In this document: one piece after another, positions 45,431 through 55,225 of the stretch | Layout of the letters: the number at the start of each line of letters is the position of its first letter | Numbering within the stretch: the first letter of the stretch is position 1 | Source of the DNA: Candidatus Moraniibacteriota bacterium | GTDB lineage: Bacteria; Patescibacteriota; Minisyncoccia; Moranbacterales; UBA2206 | Direction: 5' to 3' | NCBI GenBank assembly: GCA_026396175.1 | Contig: JAPLXG010000013.1 | Coordinates: 65,267 to 129,266, forward strand | DNA length: 64,000 bases | Notes under the pieces: model-generated | Told to the model about the DNA's origin: nothing | The model's database searches: none | Seen by the model: only the letters and a program-made list of their open reading frames with translations | Position numbers and translations under genes: made by a program

Positions 45431-46267
45431 CTAGCACATTTCTTTTATCTTGTCCACCACTTCATCAATCAAAAACTGCGCGGTGGAGGCACCGGCGGCT
45501 ACGCCAACTTTTTGAACATTTTCAAACCATTCCGGTTGCAGCTCTCCGGCAGTTTCAATGTGTTTGGTCGGCGTTTTCTGCGCTTCGCTCAGTTGCACCA
45601 ATTTTCCCGTATTACTAGAATTTTTTCCCCCAATCACAATCATCAAGTCAACCTCTTTTGCTAGAGCAGAAACCTCTGCCTGCTTGGTCGAACTATCAAG
45701 ACAAATCGTGTTTTCCACGGCTAGCTTTTTTGTTTTCTTTGAAAGTTCCGCCACGACATTATCCAACAACTCTTTTTTTTGGGTCGTCTGGCTCAAAACG
45801 CCGACCGTGCCTTTGAAATTCAAGTTTTTGACTTCGTTGGCATTATGGATTATTTTTGCGGAATTTCCAGCCCACGCGTTAATCCCAACCACTTCCGCGT
45901 GCGCAGGATCTCCGCAAATAACAACGTCACATCCATCATCATAAAATTTTTTCGCGACAAGTTGCGCGCGTCGCACAAACGGACAAGTGGCGTCCAAAAT
46001 TTCCCCGCCTCGCGCGACAATCTCTTCCACAATGCCCGGATCAATCCCATGACTACGCACAAGAAAAACACTTCCCGCCGGAATTTCCGCCGAATCCCTG
46101 ACTGTCACAAGACCTTTTTGCTCCAGTTTTTCAATCACCTGCTGATTGTGAATGAGGGAACCCAGACAATAGACCCTGTGTCCACCCTCCAGCGCTTTTT
46201 CCGCCATATCCACGGCTCGCCTGACTCCGAAGCAAAATCCAGCGTGTCGTGCAATTTTTATTTCCAT
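45431..46267 (-). CDS. ispH: 4-hydroxy-3-methylbut-2-enyl diphosphate reductase
   Basis: 278 aa. Three conserved Cys (GFCFGV, ATCPFV, NTIC) and the LytB fold motifs. Confidence 0.92.
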   Translation of the reverse strand: MEIKIARHAGFCFGVRRAVDMAEKALEGGHRVYCLGSLIHNQQVIEKLEQKGLVTVRDSAEIPAGSVFLVRSHGIDPGIVEEIVARGGEILDATCPFVRRAQLVAKKFYDDGCDVVICGDPAHAEVVGINAWAGNSAKIIHNANEVKNLNFKGTVGVLSQTTQKKELLDNVVAELSKKTKKLAVENTICLDSSTKQAEVSALAKEVDLMIVIGGKNSSNTGKLVQLSEAQKTPTKHIETAGELQPEWFENVQKVGVAAGASTAQFLIDEVVDKIKEMC

Positions 46268-46337
46268 AGTTATTCGCTTCGCGAACCGGCATTACGAATG
46301 CCGGACATGCGAATTATTAGCATGCTGGTATTCCCGC

Positions 46338-46410
46338 GCAAAGTTCCGAGGCTAGGACTCGAACCTAGATTAACAGAGTCAGAGTCTGTTGTCCTATTCA
46401 TCCCGCACCA
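46338..46410 (-). pseudogene. tRNA-like fragment (anticodon-arm plus T-arm, no matching acceptor 5' strand)
   Basis: The minus-strand read shows an anticodon arm acaga-ctctgac-tctgt and a T-arm ctagg-ttcgagt-cctag, but no complementary acceptor 5' strand. The motif tggtgcggga is shared with an inverted partial copy at 46509-46545 on the other side of tRNA-Gln. Confidence 0.35.
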
Positions 46411-46422
46411 TTTTTTAATCTG

Positions 46423-46494
46423 TTGGGTCGGTAGGATTCGAACCTACGCATGATGGGATCAGAACCCATTGCCTTACCGCTTGGCTACGACCCA
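46423..46494 (-). tRNA. tRNA-Gln (anticodon CTG)
   Basis: The minus-strand sequence tgggtcgtagccaagcggtaaggcaatgggttctgatcccatcatgcgtaggttcgaatcctaccgaccca has a U1:A72 pair and GCCAAGCGGTAAGGC D-arm as in bacterial tRNA-Gln, anticodon loop ttctgat, and T-arm gtaggttcgaatcctac. Confidence 0.8.
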
Positions 46495-46508
46495 GTTTGT
46501 TTTTAAAA

Positions 46509-46634
46509 AATGGTGCGGGACAAATTAGACGATCTCGGAACTTTAAGCGGGATAAACGCCACCCATTGCCCTACCGGCTCCGCCTGCCTACCCTGCCTAC
46601 CGGCAGGCAGGCGGCAGGCAGAGCTACGACCCAA
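46509..46634. repeat. degenerate tRNA-derived and REP composite
   Basis: The inverted partial copy of the 46338-46410 fragment (tggtgcgggacaaattagacgatctcggaacttt) is followed by a degenerate tRNA-Gln 5' half (cccattgccctaccggc ... agctacgacccaat). That half is split by tandem REP palindromes (tccgcctgcctaccctgcctaccggcaggcaggcggcaggcag). Confidence 0.5.
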
Positions 46635-46725
46635 TATGACTTCTAAATCATATTACAAAACACTCGCTTTGGCAAAAAAATTCAGGCCGGAGAGGCCTGA
46701 ATTCTAAGACTTATCAAAAATTTGC

Positions 46726-47949
46726 CTATTTACCCATTTTGCGCCGGATGAAGGCTGGGATTTCCAATTCATCGTCGTCATCTTCATCACTCAGCTCTTT
46801 ATCTTTTTGAATGAAAGCCGAGGTTCTTTGAATTTTTGGTGGAACTTTTTCTTCAATAATCATTTTCGGTTCATCTCTCACTGAAAAAGTATTACTAAAA
46901 TCTTCTTCCGGTTCATCGACAGAGATTTCCGGTTCTACTAATTTATTTCTCGTCAATCTTTCCATTGGAGACATCCGCGCCTCACTGACTCTTTCTTCAT
47001 CAAAGCCAGTCGCCACAACCGTAATTTGCACTTCGCCTTTTTTGAGCGTCTCATCCACAACAGCTCCAAAAATCACTTTCGCATTCGGATCAATCGCTTC
47101 CGTGATGATGTTGGCTGCTTCATTGATTTCAAGCATTGTGAGATCAGACGATCCGGAAACATTAAATAGCACGCCCTTCGCTCCATCGATGGAAAGTTCC
47201 AAAAGCGGACTGTTGATAGCGGCCTTGGCGGCTTCGGCGGCGCGATTTTCTCCCGTGCCGATTCCAATTCCCATCAGAGCTGAACCACTATTACTCATAA
47301 TCGCTCGCACATCAGCAAAGTCAACATTAACAATACCCGGCTTCGTGATTAAATCAGAAATTCCTTGCACGCCTTGCCTAAGCACGTCATCCACAATTTT
47401 GAAAGAATTTATGAGCGTCGTTTTTTTATCAATAATTTGCAAAAGTTTATCATTAGGAATCGTGATCAAAGTATCCACGCGTTCGCGCAAATTCGCCAAA
47501 CCTTCTTCGGCAATCGCGCGTCTTTGGGCGCCTTCAAAACTGAAAGGTTTTGTGACCACCGCCACAGTCAAAGCTCCCAGTTCTTTGGCCGCTTCTGCCA
47601 CAATCGGAGCAGCGCCTGTTCCGGTTCCACCACCCAACCCGCAAGTTACAAAAACCATATCAGCCCCTTTCAATACCTCTTGAATTTCGTCCCGATTTTC
47701 TTCCGCTGCTTGACGTCCGATATCCGGATTCATTCCCGCACCAAGACCTTTGGTTAAGTTTTTTCCGATGTGCACTTTTTCCGCTGCTTTATTGTGATGC
47801 AAATCTTGCGCGTCTGTGTTAACTGCCACAAATTCCACGCCTTTAATTTTCGTTTCGATCATGCGACTGATTCCATGTCCTCCTGATCCGCCGACACCAA
47901 CAACGATGATGCGCGCAAAAGTTTCTACTGGTGGTTTTATTTCTGCCAT
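46726..47949 (-). CDS. ftsZ: cell division protein FtsZ
   Basis: Tubulin signature GGGTGTG, the T7 loop, and a C-terminal tail ending with a conserved peptide. Confidence 0.96.
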   Translation of the reverse strand: MAEIKPPVETFARIIVVGVGGSGGHGISRMIETKIKGVEFVAVNTDAQDLHHNKAAEKVHIGKNLTKGLGAGMNPDIGRQAAEENRDEIQEVLKGADMVFVTCGLGGGTGTGAAPIVAEAAKELGALTVAVVTKPFSFEGAQRRAIAEEGLANLRERVDTLITIPNDKLLQIIDKKTTLINSFKIVDDVLRQGVQGISDLITKPGIVNVDFADVRAIMSNSGSALMGIGIGTGENRAAEAAKAAINSPLLELSIDGAKGVLFNVSGSSDLTMLEINEAANIITEAIDPNAKVIFGAVVDETLKKGEVQITVVATGFDEERVSEARMSPMERLTRNKLVEPEISVDEPEEDFSNTFSVRDEPKMIIEEKVPPKIQRTSAFIQKDKELSDEDDDDELEIPAFIRRKMGK

Positions 47950-48161
47950 ATATTTTTTAGGGATTAATAGAAAAATTTAAATAAACAAAAACAGAGATTT
48001 ATGAAAATCTATTCTTAAGGTTTTGTTTTTTATTTTGGTTTTACTGGCTACCAATCGGCATCGGCATTCAGCCTCTTTTTCATTAGTTAAATCTAGCATA
48101 ATAGGACAATGAATGTCAAACAGAGAATTAAAAACTCCTGAAAGTAGCTTTTATGGCTATT

Positions 48162-49427
48162 TTAAGGCAAAAATTTCCCGAACCACTTCTTCATTCCATC
48201 CATCTTTCCGCCCATTTCTGAAATTACGCCACCAACCATCTTATTCCCAAAACCGCTTCCGCCTCTTTTCTGGCCCTGATTCTCCTCCTGTCCCCATAGA
48301 ACTAAACCAATCACTGTGGCAAAAGCTGGATCATCAATTTTGTCGACGAGTCCCCCTAGCGGAACAGGAAAACCGGTTTGCGAGGGAAGCGCTAAAATAT
48401 TTTTTGCCAAATCCACGCAACCCGGTAGTTTTGCTGTGCCACCGGTAATCACTGCTCCGGCCGGAAGCAAACGTTCTTTCCCAATCAGTTTCAATTCCTT
48501 GTTTACCATCGTAAAAATTTCTTCCAAACGCGCCTCAATTATTTCCGCCACGTGATGGCGAGAAACAATCCCTTCTTCGCTCGAATCTAACTGAGACAGA
48601 TCAATATTTTCTTTTTTATTAATTTCTTTCGGACTGGCATTGCCAAATTCCAACTTAACTTTTTCCGCCACATCAATCGAAGTGCGTAGCCCGATGGCGA
48701 TATCGTTCGTTATATGGTTCCCCCCGATCGGAATCACCGAGACGCGCAACAAATCATTTTCTTCAAATACTGCCACTGAGGTTGAACCGCCACCAATGTC
48801 GACAAGCACGACGCCGAGTTCTTTTTGCCGCTTGGAAAGCACTGCTTTGGCCGCCGCGAGAGGTGAAAGCACAAAACTTTCCGCCGCAACGCCAGATTCT
48901 TCAATGCATTTATTCAGATTTTTGATGTGTGGAGTTGAGCCTTCGATAATCATCGCATCGACTTCCAGACGCACGCCGCTCATCCCTAATGGATCGCGGA
49001 TGCTTTTTTGATCGTCCAGGGAATAGCTTTTAGGAATAATATGGATGATCTCCTTGTTGGCGGGAATGGAAATGGCTTGAGCGGCGTTAATCACGCGAGA
49101 AATGTCATCTAGCACAACCTCACCATCCGCCCGACCGACCGCGATCACGCCCTTGGAATATTGCGAAGAAATGTGATTGCCGCCGATGCCAGAAATCACA
49201 TATTTGACTTCCACGCCAGCAGTTCTTTCGGCTAGAGCAATGGACTCATTGATTGATTTGATAATTTCCTCCAAATCAACAATAATTCCGCGTCTCACGC
49301 CAAAAGATGGAGCCATTCCCACGCCAATCACTCGCAAATTTTCATCAGAGGGAATAATCTGCGCAATCACCGTTCGAACATATGAGGAGCCAATATCTAA
49401 GCCCACGATAATCTCTTTTTTAGCCAT
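48162..49427 (-). CDS. ftsA: cell division protein FtsA
   Basis: 421 aa actin-fold protein (GLDIGSS, VDIGGGST) positioned directly upstream of ftsZ. Confidence 0.93.
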   Translation of the reverse strand: MAKKEIIVGLDIGSSYVRTVIAQIIPSDENLRVIGVGMAPSFGVRRGIIVDLEEIIKSINESIALAERTAGVEVKYVISGIGGNHISSQYSKGVIAVGRADGEVVLDDISRVINAAQAISIPANKEIIHIIPKSYSLDDQKSIRDPLGMSGVRLEVDAMIIEGSTPHIKNLNKCIEESGVAAESFVLSPLAAAKAVLSKRQKELGVVLVDIGGGSTSVAVFEENDLLRVSVIPIGGNHITNDIAIGLRTSIDVAEKVKLEFGNASPKEINKKENIDLSQLDSSEEGIVSRHHVAEIIEARLEEIFTMVNKELKLIGKERLLPAGAVITGGTAKLPGCVDLAKNILALPSQTGFPVPLGGLVDKIDDPAFATVIGLVLWGQEENQGQKRGGSGFGNKMVGGVISEMGGKMDGMKKWFGKFLP

Positions 49428-49590
49428 GCTTTCTTTTTATTTTTTAACTCGTATTTTAGATTATATTACATTTTAAGCCAACCGACAACTTCCTCGTCAC
49501 ACCGTAGCTTTTTTAGACTAAGCTCGCCTTCGCGTATCCACGGCAGACTGCGTCACGCCGTAGCTACGCTTTGGGCGTAGCGCAGGCGGA

Positions 49591-49962
49591 TCAAAATTTT
49601 ATCAGCGCAAAAATATAGGGCAGGAAAATAATCAATCCGATAATCACCGCAAAAATGGCCGAGATCAGCACAATCGCCGCCATCAAGTCTTTGATGAGGC
49701 GCGCATAGGGATGAATCCGAGGTTTCAAAATGTCCACCACTCTTTCCACGACCGTATTCAGAAGCTCCATAATCAAAACTCCAGCAATCACGAGAACCAG
49801 GGCGACTGTTTCTGTCCGGGTGACATCAAAATAGACCATCGCAATAATCACTATAAAAGCTATAGCTAACTCATTTTGGAAATTTTTTTCGTTCTTGAGC
49901 ACATGCACAAGTCCGCGCATCGCGCAAGTTAGGCTTTTAGCAAATTGATTAATTCGGTTCAT
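49591..49962 (-). CDS. dgkA: diacylglycerol kinase family (undecaprenol kinase-like)
   Basis: 123 aa. Three TM helices and the ELLNTVVE..VD motif of prokaryotic DAGK. Confidence 0.85.
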   Translation of the reverse strand: MNRINQFAKSLTCAMRGLVHVLKNEKNFQNELAIAFIVIIAMVYFDVTRTETVALVLVIAGVLIMELLNTVVERVVDILKPRIHPYARLIKDLMAAIVLISAIFAVIIGLIIFLPYIFALIKF

Positions 49963-50474
49963 TTTTTTGTTTTATAGAAAAAATTAAAATTCTTCTTCGT
50001 CATGCCGTAGTCCCGCCGAGGCGGGACGAAGGCGGATGCCACCTCATCCTGAATGGCAAACATTTTTTTGCCATGAGAAAAGCCGAGCAAATGCAAAACG
50101 CCGTGGGCAATAATTTTTGCCAGTTCTTTTTGCAATTCAGTTTCCGAGGTACAGTCTTGCGCAGATTCTTTGATATAATTATAGCACAAAATCAATTCTC
50201 CGAGAAATAAATCCGATTCGGATGACTTTTTCAACCGCCCCGCGTCTTCAAATTCACAAAAAGACAAGACATCCGTTGCCTTGTCCTTTTTGCGATACTG
50301 CTTATTGATTTTTTTTATCTCAACCTCAGAAACCCAAGCCAGGCTTAAATTAAGCCTTTTTTTAGCTAATTCCAAGTAGCCGCTTTTTTCCAGCGTCCTT
50401 GCGACCACTTTTTTGATAAAAGCTTTTTTCACCGGGCTTTTGTCGGTGTTGTTGATTTCGACGGTTAGTTTCAT
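49959..50474 (-). CDS. ybeY: rRNA maturation endoribonuclease YbeY
   Basis: HGVLHLLGFSH zinc motif. The C-terminus (VASAFVPPRRDYGMTKKNFNFFYKTKK) extends past the usual YbeY end, through a palindromic repeat at 49997-50036. Confidence 0.88.
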   Translation of the reverse strand: MKLTVEINNTDKSPVKKAFIKKVVARTLEKSGYLELAKKRLNLSLAWVSEVEIKKINKQYRKKDKATDVLSFCEFEDAGRLKKSSESDLFLGELILCYNYIKESAQDCTSETELQKELAKIIAHGVLHLLGFSHGKKMFAIQDEVASAFVPPRRDYGMTKKNFNFFYKTKK

Positions 50475-50477
50475 AAT

Positions 50478-51044
50478 TTATAGCAATTTCCTAGGTTTAA
50501 ATAATATTCCAAAAAAGGAAACCAGGGAAAGTAGCGACATTAAGATAAATAAGGTTTCGAATCCATAATTATTTACTATAATTCCTCCTGCGATTATTCC
50601 CGCCGCAGACGTCAAGTTAGCAATCAATAACCACTCGGAATATTCTTTTACGTGTCTATTTTTATCTAAATGATCCGCAAAAAGCACATTGAAAGATGGA
50701 CTACCAAGCGATTCACCTAGACCTAGGAAAACTTGAACCAATACCAACGCTGCCAAGCTATGAACAAAAATTAACAAGAGCCAGCTTATTATTCTTACCA
50801 AATAACCGGCAAGCAAAAGATACTCTCTTTCTTTTACCTGATCGCCCTTCTTGGAAACAACATACGTGAAAAATGACGTGGAAATTAAAAATGCTGCCCA
50901 TGAAATACTCACAGCGATTACCCCGTCCACAAATCTTACAACATAAATCGCATATAGTGGTCCGAGCATTGCAGCTGCCATCACAAATATTCCATTGTAT
51001 ATAAACAGCGCTTTTAAGGCATTATTTTTAAACTGTGCTTTCAT
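50478..51044 (-). CDS. membrane protein resembling one half of an MFS transporter (possibly a truncated remnant)
   Basis: 188 aa with about six TM helices. Only 28 bp separate it from the upstream gene, so the other MFS half is absent. Confidence 0.35.
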   Translation of the reverse strand: MKAQFKNNALKALFIYNGIFVMAAAMLGPLYAIYVVRFVDGVIAVSISWAAFLISTSFFTYVVSKKGDQVKEREYLLLAGYLVRIISWLLLIFVHSLAALVLVQVFLGLGESLGSPSFNVLFADHLDKNRHVKEYSEWLLIANLTSAAGIIAGGIIVNNYGFETLFILMSLLSLVSFFGILFKPRKLL

Positions 51045-51072
51045 TGTTTATAAAATTAAAACGGCTCGCTAT

Positions 51073-51783
51073 CTATTTTTTTCTTGCGACCAAGACAATA
51101 TTCTTCCCATTCGCTAAATAGCATTTTTCAATTTCAAATCCGGCTGATTGAAAAACAGCGGAGAGGCTGCTTTTAGTATACACCCGATGATAGCGCTTGA
51201 AAACATTTCCTTCGTTATTACGAAATGGGATTAAAACATCGCCAAGACCATACCCATGATATGCTCCAGTTTGAAAAATTTTTCCCAGAATAGCCGAAAA
51301 ATTGAAAATATTTTTGCGTCTTTTTTTCTGCCAAAGGTTCCAAGCCGTGATAACCACTGTTCCGCCAGGCTTAGTTATGCGACATAGTTCCCGCGCCATC
51401 TCCGTAGCATATTTTTCGGGAAAGTGATGAAAAACCGCCACGGAAATAATTCTGTTGAAAAAATCAGCCGGAAATGCTAGACTAGTTTGACCGGTGATCT
51501 TTTGAAAAGACTGACTGTACTTGGGATATTTTGCCTTCGCCAGATCGATCAGTTTTTGGGAAATATCCACACCAACATATTCGATTTTTTTATCTTTCAG
51601 AATTTCCAAAAGCCGACCGTTGCCACAACCATAATCCAGAATTTTGTCCCCATCAGTTATATAATCAGCGATAAAAGCCAAATCACCCCAGAAATTTTTT
51701 CGGGTGTGGGAGAATTTATCGGCCATTTGGTCGTAGCCAGATTCAGTCTCATACAATATTCGGTTAATTATCTCTTTTCGCAT
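51073..51783 (-). CDS. class I SAM-dependent methyltransferase
   Basis: Motif I ILDYGCGNGRL, an acidic post-I residue, and the Rossmann-fold pattern. Confidence 0.8.
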   Translation of the reverse strand: MRKEIINRILYETESGYDQMADKFSHTRKNFWGDLAFIADYITDGDKILDYGCGNGRLLEILKDKKIEYVGVDISQKLIDLAKAKYPKYSQSFQKITGQTSLAFPADFFNRIISVAVFHHFPEKYATEMARELCRITKPGGTVVITAWNLWQKKRRKNIFNFSAILGKIFQTGAYHGYGLGDVLIPFRNNEGNVFKRYHRVYTKSSLSAVFQSAGFEIEKCYLANGKNIVLVARKK

Positions 51784-51957
51784 AAATCAACTACTTTCTG
51801 CTATTGCTCGAAAAATAATTTGAAATTTTCAATTCTAAATTTTAATTCAAAACTAAATTTATAAATTTTAAATAAATCTCTCACTTGCCTCCATTTAATC
51901 ATTTAGTCATTTAGACTTGATTTTAAATTGAAAATTGAAAATTGAAAATTTAGCCCC

Positions 51958-53667
51958 ATGCTTAAAGCTTACGACAATTTCGTTAAACTGGCAATGAAAG
52001 AACCCGTCGCCACTTCCGGCGAATTTTTGCGCGTTAAAAAAAATGTTTCCAAGATTTTGCAACTTCCCGTGCCGACCAACGCTGATTTGCGCGAGGCTTA
52101 TGAAAAATTAGTTGCGGGGAAAAAGATCAAAAGAAACCCAGCTTTCGAAAAAATTCTCATCAGCAAAAAAATCCGTACCCGCTCCGGCGTGGCCGTCGTC
52201 GCCGTTCTCACCAAGCCCTATCCTTGCCCCGGAAAGTGTCTCTATTGTCCGAGCGAAGCCAAGATGCCCAAGAGCTATCTCAAGAATGAGCCGGCAGTTA
52301 TGCGCGCCATTTCTGTGAAATTTAGCCCTTACAAACAAGTGCAAAAACGTCTCCACGCACTGGAATTGAACGGTCACAAAACCGACAAAATCGAGCTGAT
52401 TGTGATGGGTGGCACTTTTTCCTATTTTCCCAAAACCTATCAAAATTGGTTTATCACGGAATGTTTTCGGGCGGTGAATGAATATGGCAAAAAAATCAAA
52501 AGTCCCTTTCTTTGTCATTCCCGCGAAGGCGGGAATCCAGTGTGTAAACTTAAAGATGCGAGACTAGATTCCCGCCTTCGCGGGAATGACATTAACTGTG
52601 CGGTTCCTAAATCGATTATTAAAAATTTAAAAAAGGACCTTTTAACCGAACAGAAAAAAAATGAAACTGCCAAGCGCCGGATTATCGGCTTAACCTTGGA
52701 AACCCGCCCGGATTACATTTCCGAAAAAGAAATTTTGAATTTTCGCACGCTTGGATGCACGAGAGTGGAGCTTGGCGTGCAAAGTGTTTTTGATGACGTG
52801 CTCAAAAAAAATAATCGCGGGCATAACGTGGCCGAAACAATTCGCGCCACAAAACTCTTGAAAAACGCCGGCTTTAAAATCAACTACCATATTATGCCGG
52901 GACTTTATGGCTCAGATGCTTTGAAAGATTACCAGATGTTCAAAACTCTTTTTTCCTCACCAGACTTCCAGCCAGATATGCTCAAAATTTATCCCACAGT
53001 CGTTCTTCGCGATAGCGCACTCTACTCGGCGTGGAAAAAGGGAAAGTATCAGGCCTTGGATGATAAGCAATTTGAAAAATTTATTCTGCGCGTGAAAAAA
53101 AATCTCATCCCGCCCTATGTCCGCATTGCGCGCCTGGTGCGTGATGTCCCCGCCGAATCAATCATCGCTGGACCACTCGTCTCAAACTTACGTCAAATGA
53201 TTGCCGAAAAATCCCAGTGCCTGTGCATCCGTTGCCGAGAGGTGGGGGGGGATTTTAGCCCAAATGAAGGCATCGTTCTAAACCGCATAGATTATGATGC
53301 ATCAGATGGAAAAGAGATATTTTTAGAATACGCGACAAAAGACACAAAAAAACTATTTGCTCTTTTGCGCCTACGTATAAATCCGCTTGAATTAGAAAAT
53401 CGGAAAACCACAGTTCCCGCCCTCAAAAACTCCGCCATCATCCGCGAGGTGCATACTTATGGAACGATGACGCAAATTGATAAGAAAAATAGTAAATCAC
53501 CGCAACATATCGGCCTCGGAAAAAAACTAATCGCCGAAGCCCAAAAAATCGCCAAGCAGGAATTCGGTCTCCAAAAAATCGCCATCATTTCCGGCGTTGG
53601 CGCCCGCGAGTATTACCGAAAACTAGGTTATCGCTTGAAGGATAGTTATATGGTAAAATGTATTTAG
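51958..53667 (+). CDS. Elp3-like radical SAM / GNAT acetyltransferase (tRNA U34 carboxymethyltransferase homologue)
   Basis: 569 aa. Radical-SAM cluster CPGKCLYCPS, a C-terminal GNAT fold, and an 87-bp family B palindromic element inserted in frame (residues ...SREGGNPVCKLKDARLDSRLRGNDI...). Confidence 0.85.
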   Translation: MLKAYDNFVKLAMKEPVATSGEFLRVKKNVSKILQLPVPTNADLREAYEKLVAGKKIKRNPAFEKILISKKIRTRSGVAVVAVLTKPYPCPGKCLYCPSEAKMPKSYLKNEPAVMRAISVKFSPYKQVQKRLHALELNGHKTDKIELIVMGGTFSYFPKTYQNWFITECFRAVNEYGKKIKSPFLCHSREGGNPVCKLKDARLDSRLRGNDINCAVPKSIIKNLKKDLLTEQKKNETAKRRIIGLTLETRPDYISEKEILNFRTLGCTRVELGVQSVFDDVLKKNNRGHNVAETIRATKLLKNAGFKINYHIMPGLYGSDALKDYQMFKTLFSSPDFQPDMLKIYPTVVLRDSALYSAWKKGKYQALDDKQFEKFILRVKKNLIPPYVRIARLVRDVPAESIIAGPLVSNLRQMIAEKSQCLCIRCREVGGDFSPNEGIVLNRIDYDASDGKEIFLEYATKDTKKLFALLRLRINPLELENRKTTVPALKNSAIIREVHTYGTMTQIDKKNSKSPQHIGLGKKLIAEAQKIAKQEFGLQKIAIISGVGAREYYRKLGYRLKDSYMVKCI

Positions 53668-53689
53668 TCTAATACGACATTTAACTTTT

Positions 53690-53960
53690 GCGGAAATCTT
53701 TACTAATATCCTCTTCGCCCTCCGGGAGAAGGTGCCCGAAGGGCGGATGAGGGAAAGGGTTCAATATTAGGCAAAAACCAAATTAACTTAGATCATTCCC
53801 AACTTATAGCCCTTGCCCTCACCTGTCATGAGTACATGACATCCTCTCCCGAGGGGAGAAGAGGAATTAAAGGGACTATTCCATAGCCTCACCTGTCCTC
53901 CGGACATCCCTGCCTACCGGCAGGCAGGCTCTCCCGAGGGGAGAGGAGGATATTCCTAAG
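53690..53960. repeat. compound palindromic repeat cluster
   Basis: Contains gccctccgggagaaggtgcccgaagggcgg, two copies of the cctcacctgtc...gacatcc module, the REP palindrome ccctgcctaccggcaggcagg, and ctcccgaggggagag hairpins. Confidence 0.5.
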
Positions 53961-53997
53961 CTGAAAAAATAAATTTAATTCTTTTACTAAAAATCAT

Positions 53998-54408
53998 ATG
54001 CCAAAAATCATCATCGCCTCCGGTCCGGTTATTGTGGAAGATAACAAAGTTCTCCTGAATCAACATGGGGATACTGAATTTTGGAAATTTTGTGGCGGGA
54101 AAGTCGAAAATTACGAAACAACTTTAATTGAAAATGCCAAGCGAGAAGTTATGGAAGAAATGGGAATCGAAATCGAAATTCTCGATGAAAAACCATTTCT
54201 AATACACACAACAAAAGAAACTGCGGATGGAACGATTGATGTAATTTTAGTTCACTATTTGGCAAAACGAATTGGCGAAATCACACCAGGCGCAGATATC
54301 CGCGAGTGGAAATGGATTCCACTTTCCGAGTTGGAAAAAGAAAATTTAGCGCCGAATATTCTTCCGACGCTAAAGCACTTTGGATTTATAACAACAAAAA
54401 ACTTATGA
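53998..54408 (+). CDS. NUDIX hydrolase
   Basis: Nudix box GGKVENYETTLIENAKREVMEEMGI. Confidence 0.88.
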   Translation: MPKIIIASGPVIVEDNKVLLNQHGDTEFWKFCGGKVENYETTLIENAKREVMEEMGIEIEILDEKPFLIHTTKETADGTIDVILVHYLAKRIGEITPGADIREWKWIPLSELEKENLAPNILPTLKHFGFITTKNL

Positions 54409-54890
54409 ACGAGTGGCCGAAGCAGAAAAAAAATACGCAAGAAAACAATCAATCTTCGCTAGAATTAGAACAATCAATCATAGCCAGTGGGGAGAAATTA
54501 CTAAAAGAAGACCCCGCTAAATGGCCCGGTTTTTTGAATAATTTCCATATGTTCGTTCTCCCTGAAGAAAATAAACGATGGCGAACAAAAAGAGAACAGG
54601 CAAGAAAGCTTGGCTATTGGGATAAGAAAAATAAAGAAACCACAGATAATCCGGAAAAACACTCTGCCTTATGGCTAGAACAAACATCGGAAGAATTTTT
54701 TGAAACTATAGATAGAGTAATTGCCGAATTGGATACGGATGGAGAAATAAAGCAAGCAATAGACAGATTTTGTAATGTTACCAATTATAACGAACGAGTT
54801 TTGGCACAAAACAAGCTCGATGAAAAACTTATTCTGATTTTTGCACGACTGGTAGCTATGGGATACACCATGCGAGAATTAAGGGGTTGA
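54405..54890 (+). CDS. hypothetical protein
   Basis: Start at the internal ATG (MNEWPKQKKN...), overlapping the NUDIX stop. Charged and helical, with no recognisable motif. Confidence 0.4.
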   Translation: MNEWPKQKKNTQENNQSSLELEQSIIASGEKLLKEDPAKWPGFLNNFHMFVLPEENKRWRTKREQARKLGYWDKKNKETTDNPEKHSALWLEQTSEEFFETIDRVIAELDTDGEIKQAIDRFCNVTNYNERVLAQNKLDEKLILIFARLVAMGYTMRELRG

Positions 54891-54928
54891 AGCGGATTTA
54901 ACGAGCTTTCTTCCCAGCCCATCCCGCA

Positions 54929-55225
54929 CTAACTTTTGCTTAAAGATTTTTTCATTCTTCTTTTTAGCTGTCCTAACGCTTGCCCATATTGTTTTAGCTG
55001 TTTTTCTCTTTCCCAAGCATCCTCCTCTGCAAAATACGCCTCATAATAAACAAGGCGCCATTTATGTCCTTTTGTAAATTTAGAATCATTGTTATTGTGC
55101 TGAAAAAATCTTTTTTTCAAATCATCAGTACAGCCATAATACAATTCTTCATCTTCATTTTTTAGAACATACACATATTGCATACTCGTAAAAGCAAAAG
55201 TTAGTGCGGGACAAGCTGCCCGCAA
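54929..55225 (-). CDS. GIY-YIG nuclease domain protein (second copy)
   Basis: YVYVLKNEDEELYYGCTDDLKKR gives the GIY/YIG/R motifs, with EREKQLK downstream. It overlaps the rlmN start by 25 nt. Confidence 0.75.
   Translation of the reverse strand: MRAACPALTFAFTSMQYVYVLKNEDEELYYGCTDDLKKRFFQHNNNDSKFTKGHKWRLVYYEAYFAEEDAWEREKQLKQYGQALGQLKRRMKKSLSKS

Noticed and set aside
46510-46707. 65-aa plus-strand ORF downstream of tRNA-Gln
   Set aside because: It is composed entirely of tRNA-derived sequence and tandem REP palindromes (translated as CLPCLPAGRRQAELR). It is a repeat artefact.
54306-54404. Upstream extension of the hypothetical protein overlapping the NUDIX gene by about 100 nt
   Set aside because: It would overlap the NUDIX C-terminus in another frame. 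The internal ATG at 54405, right at the NUDIX stop, is more parsimonious.
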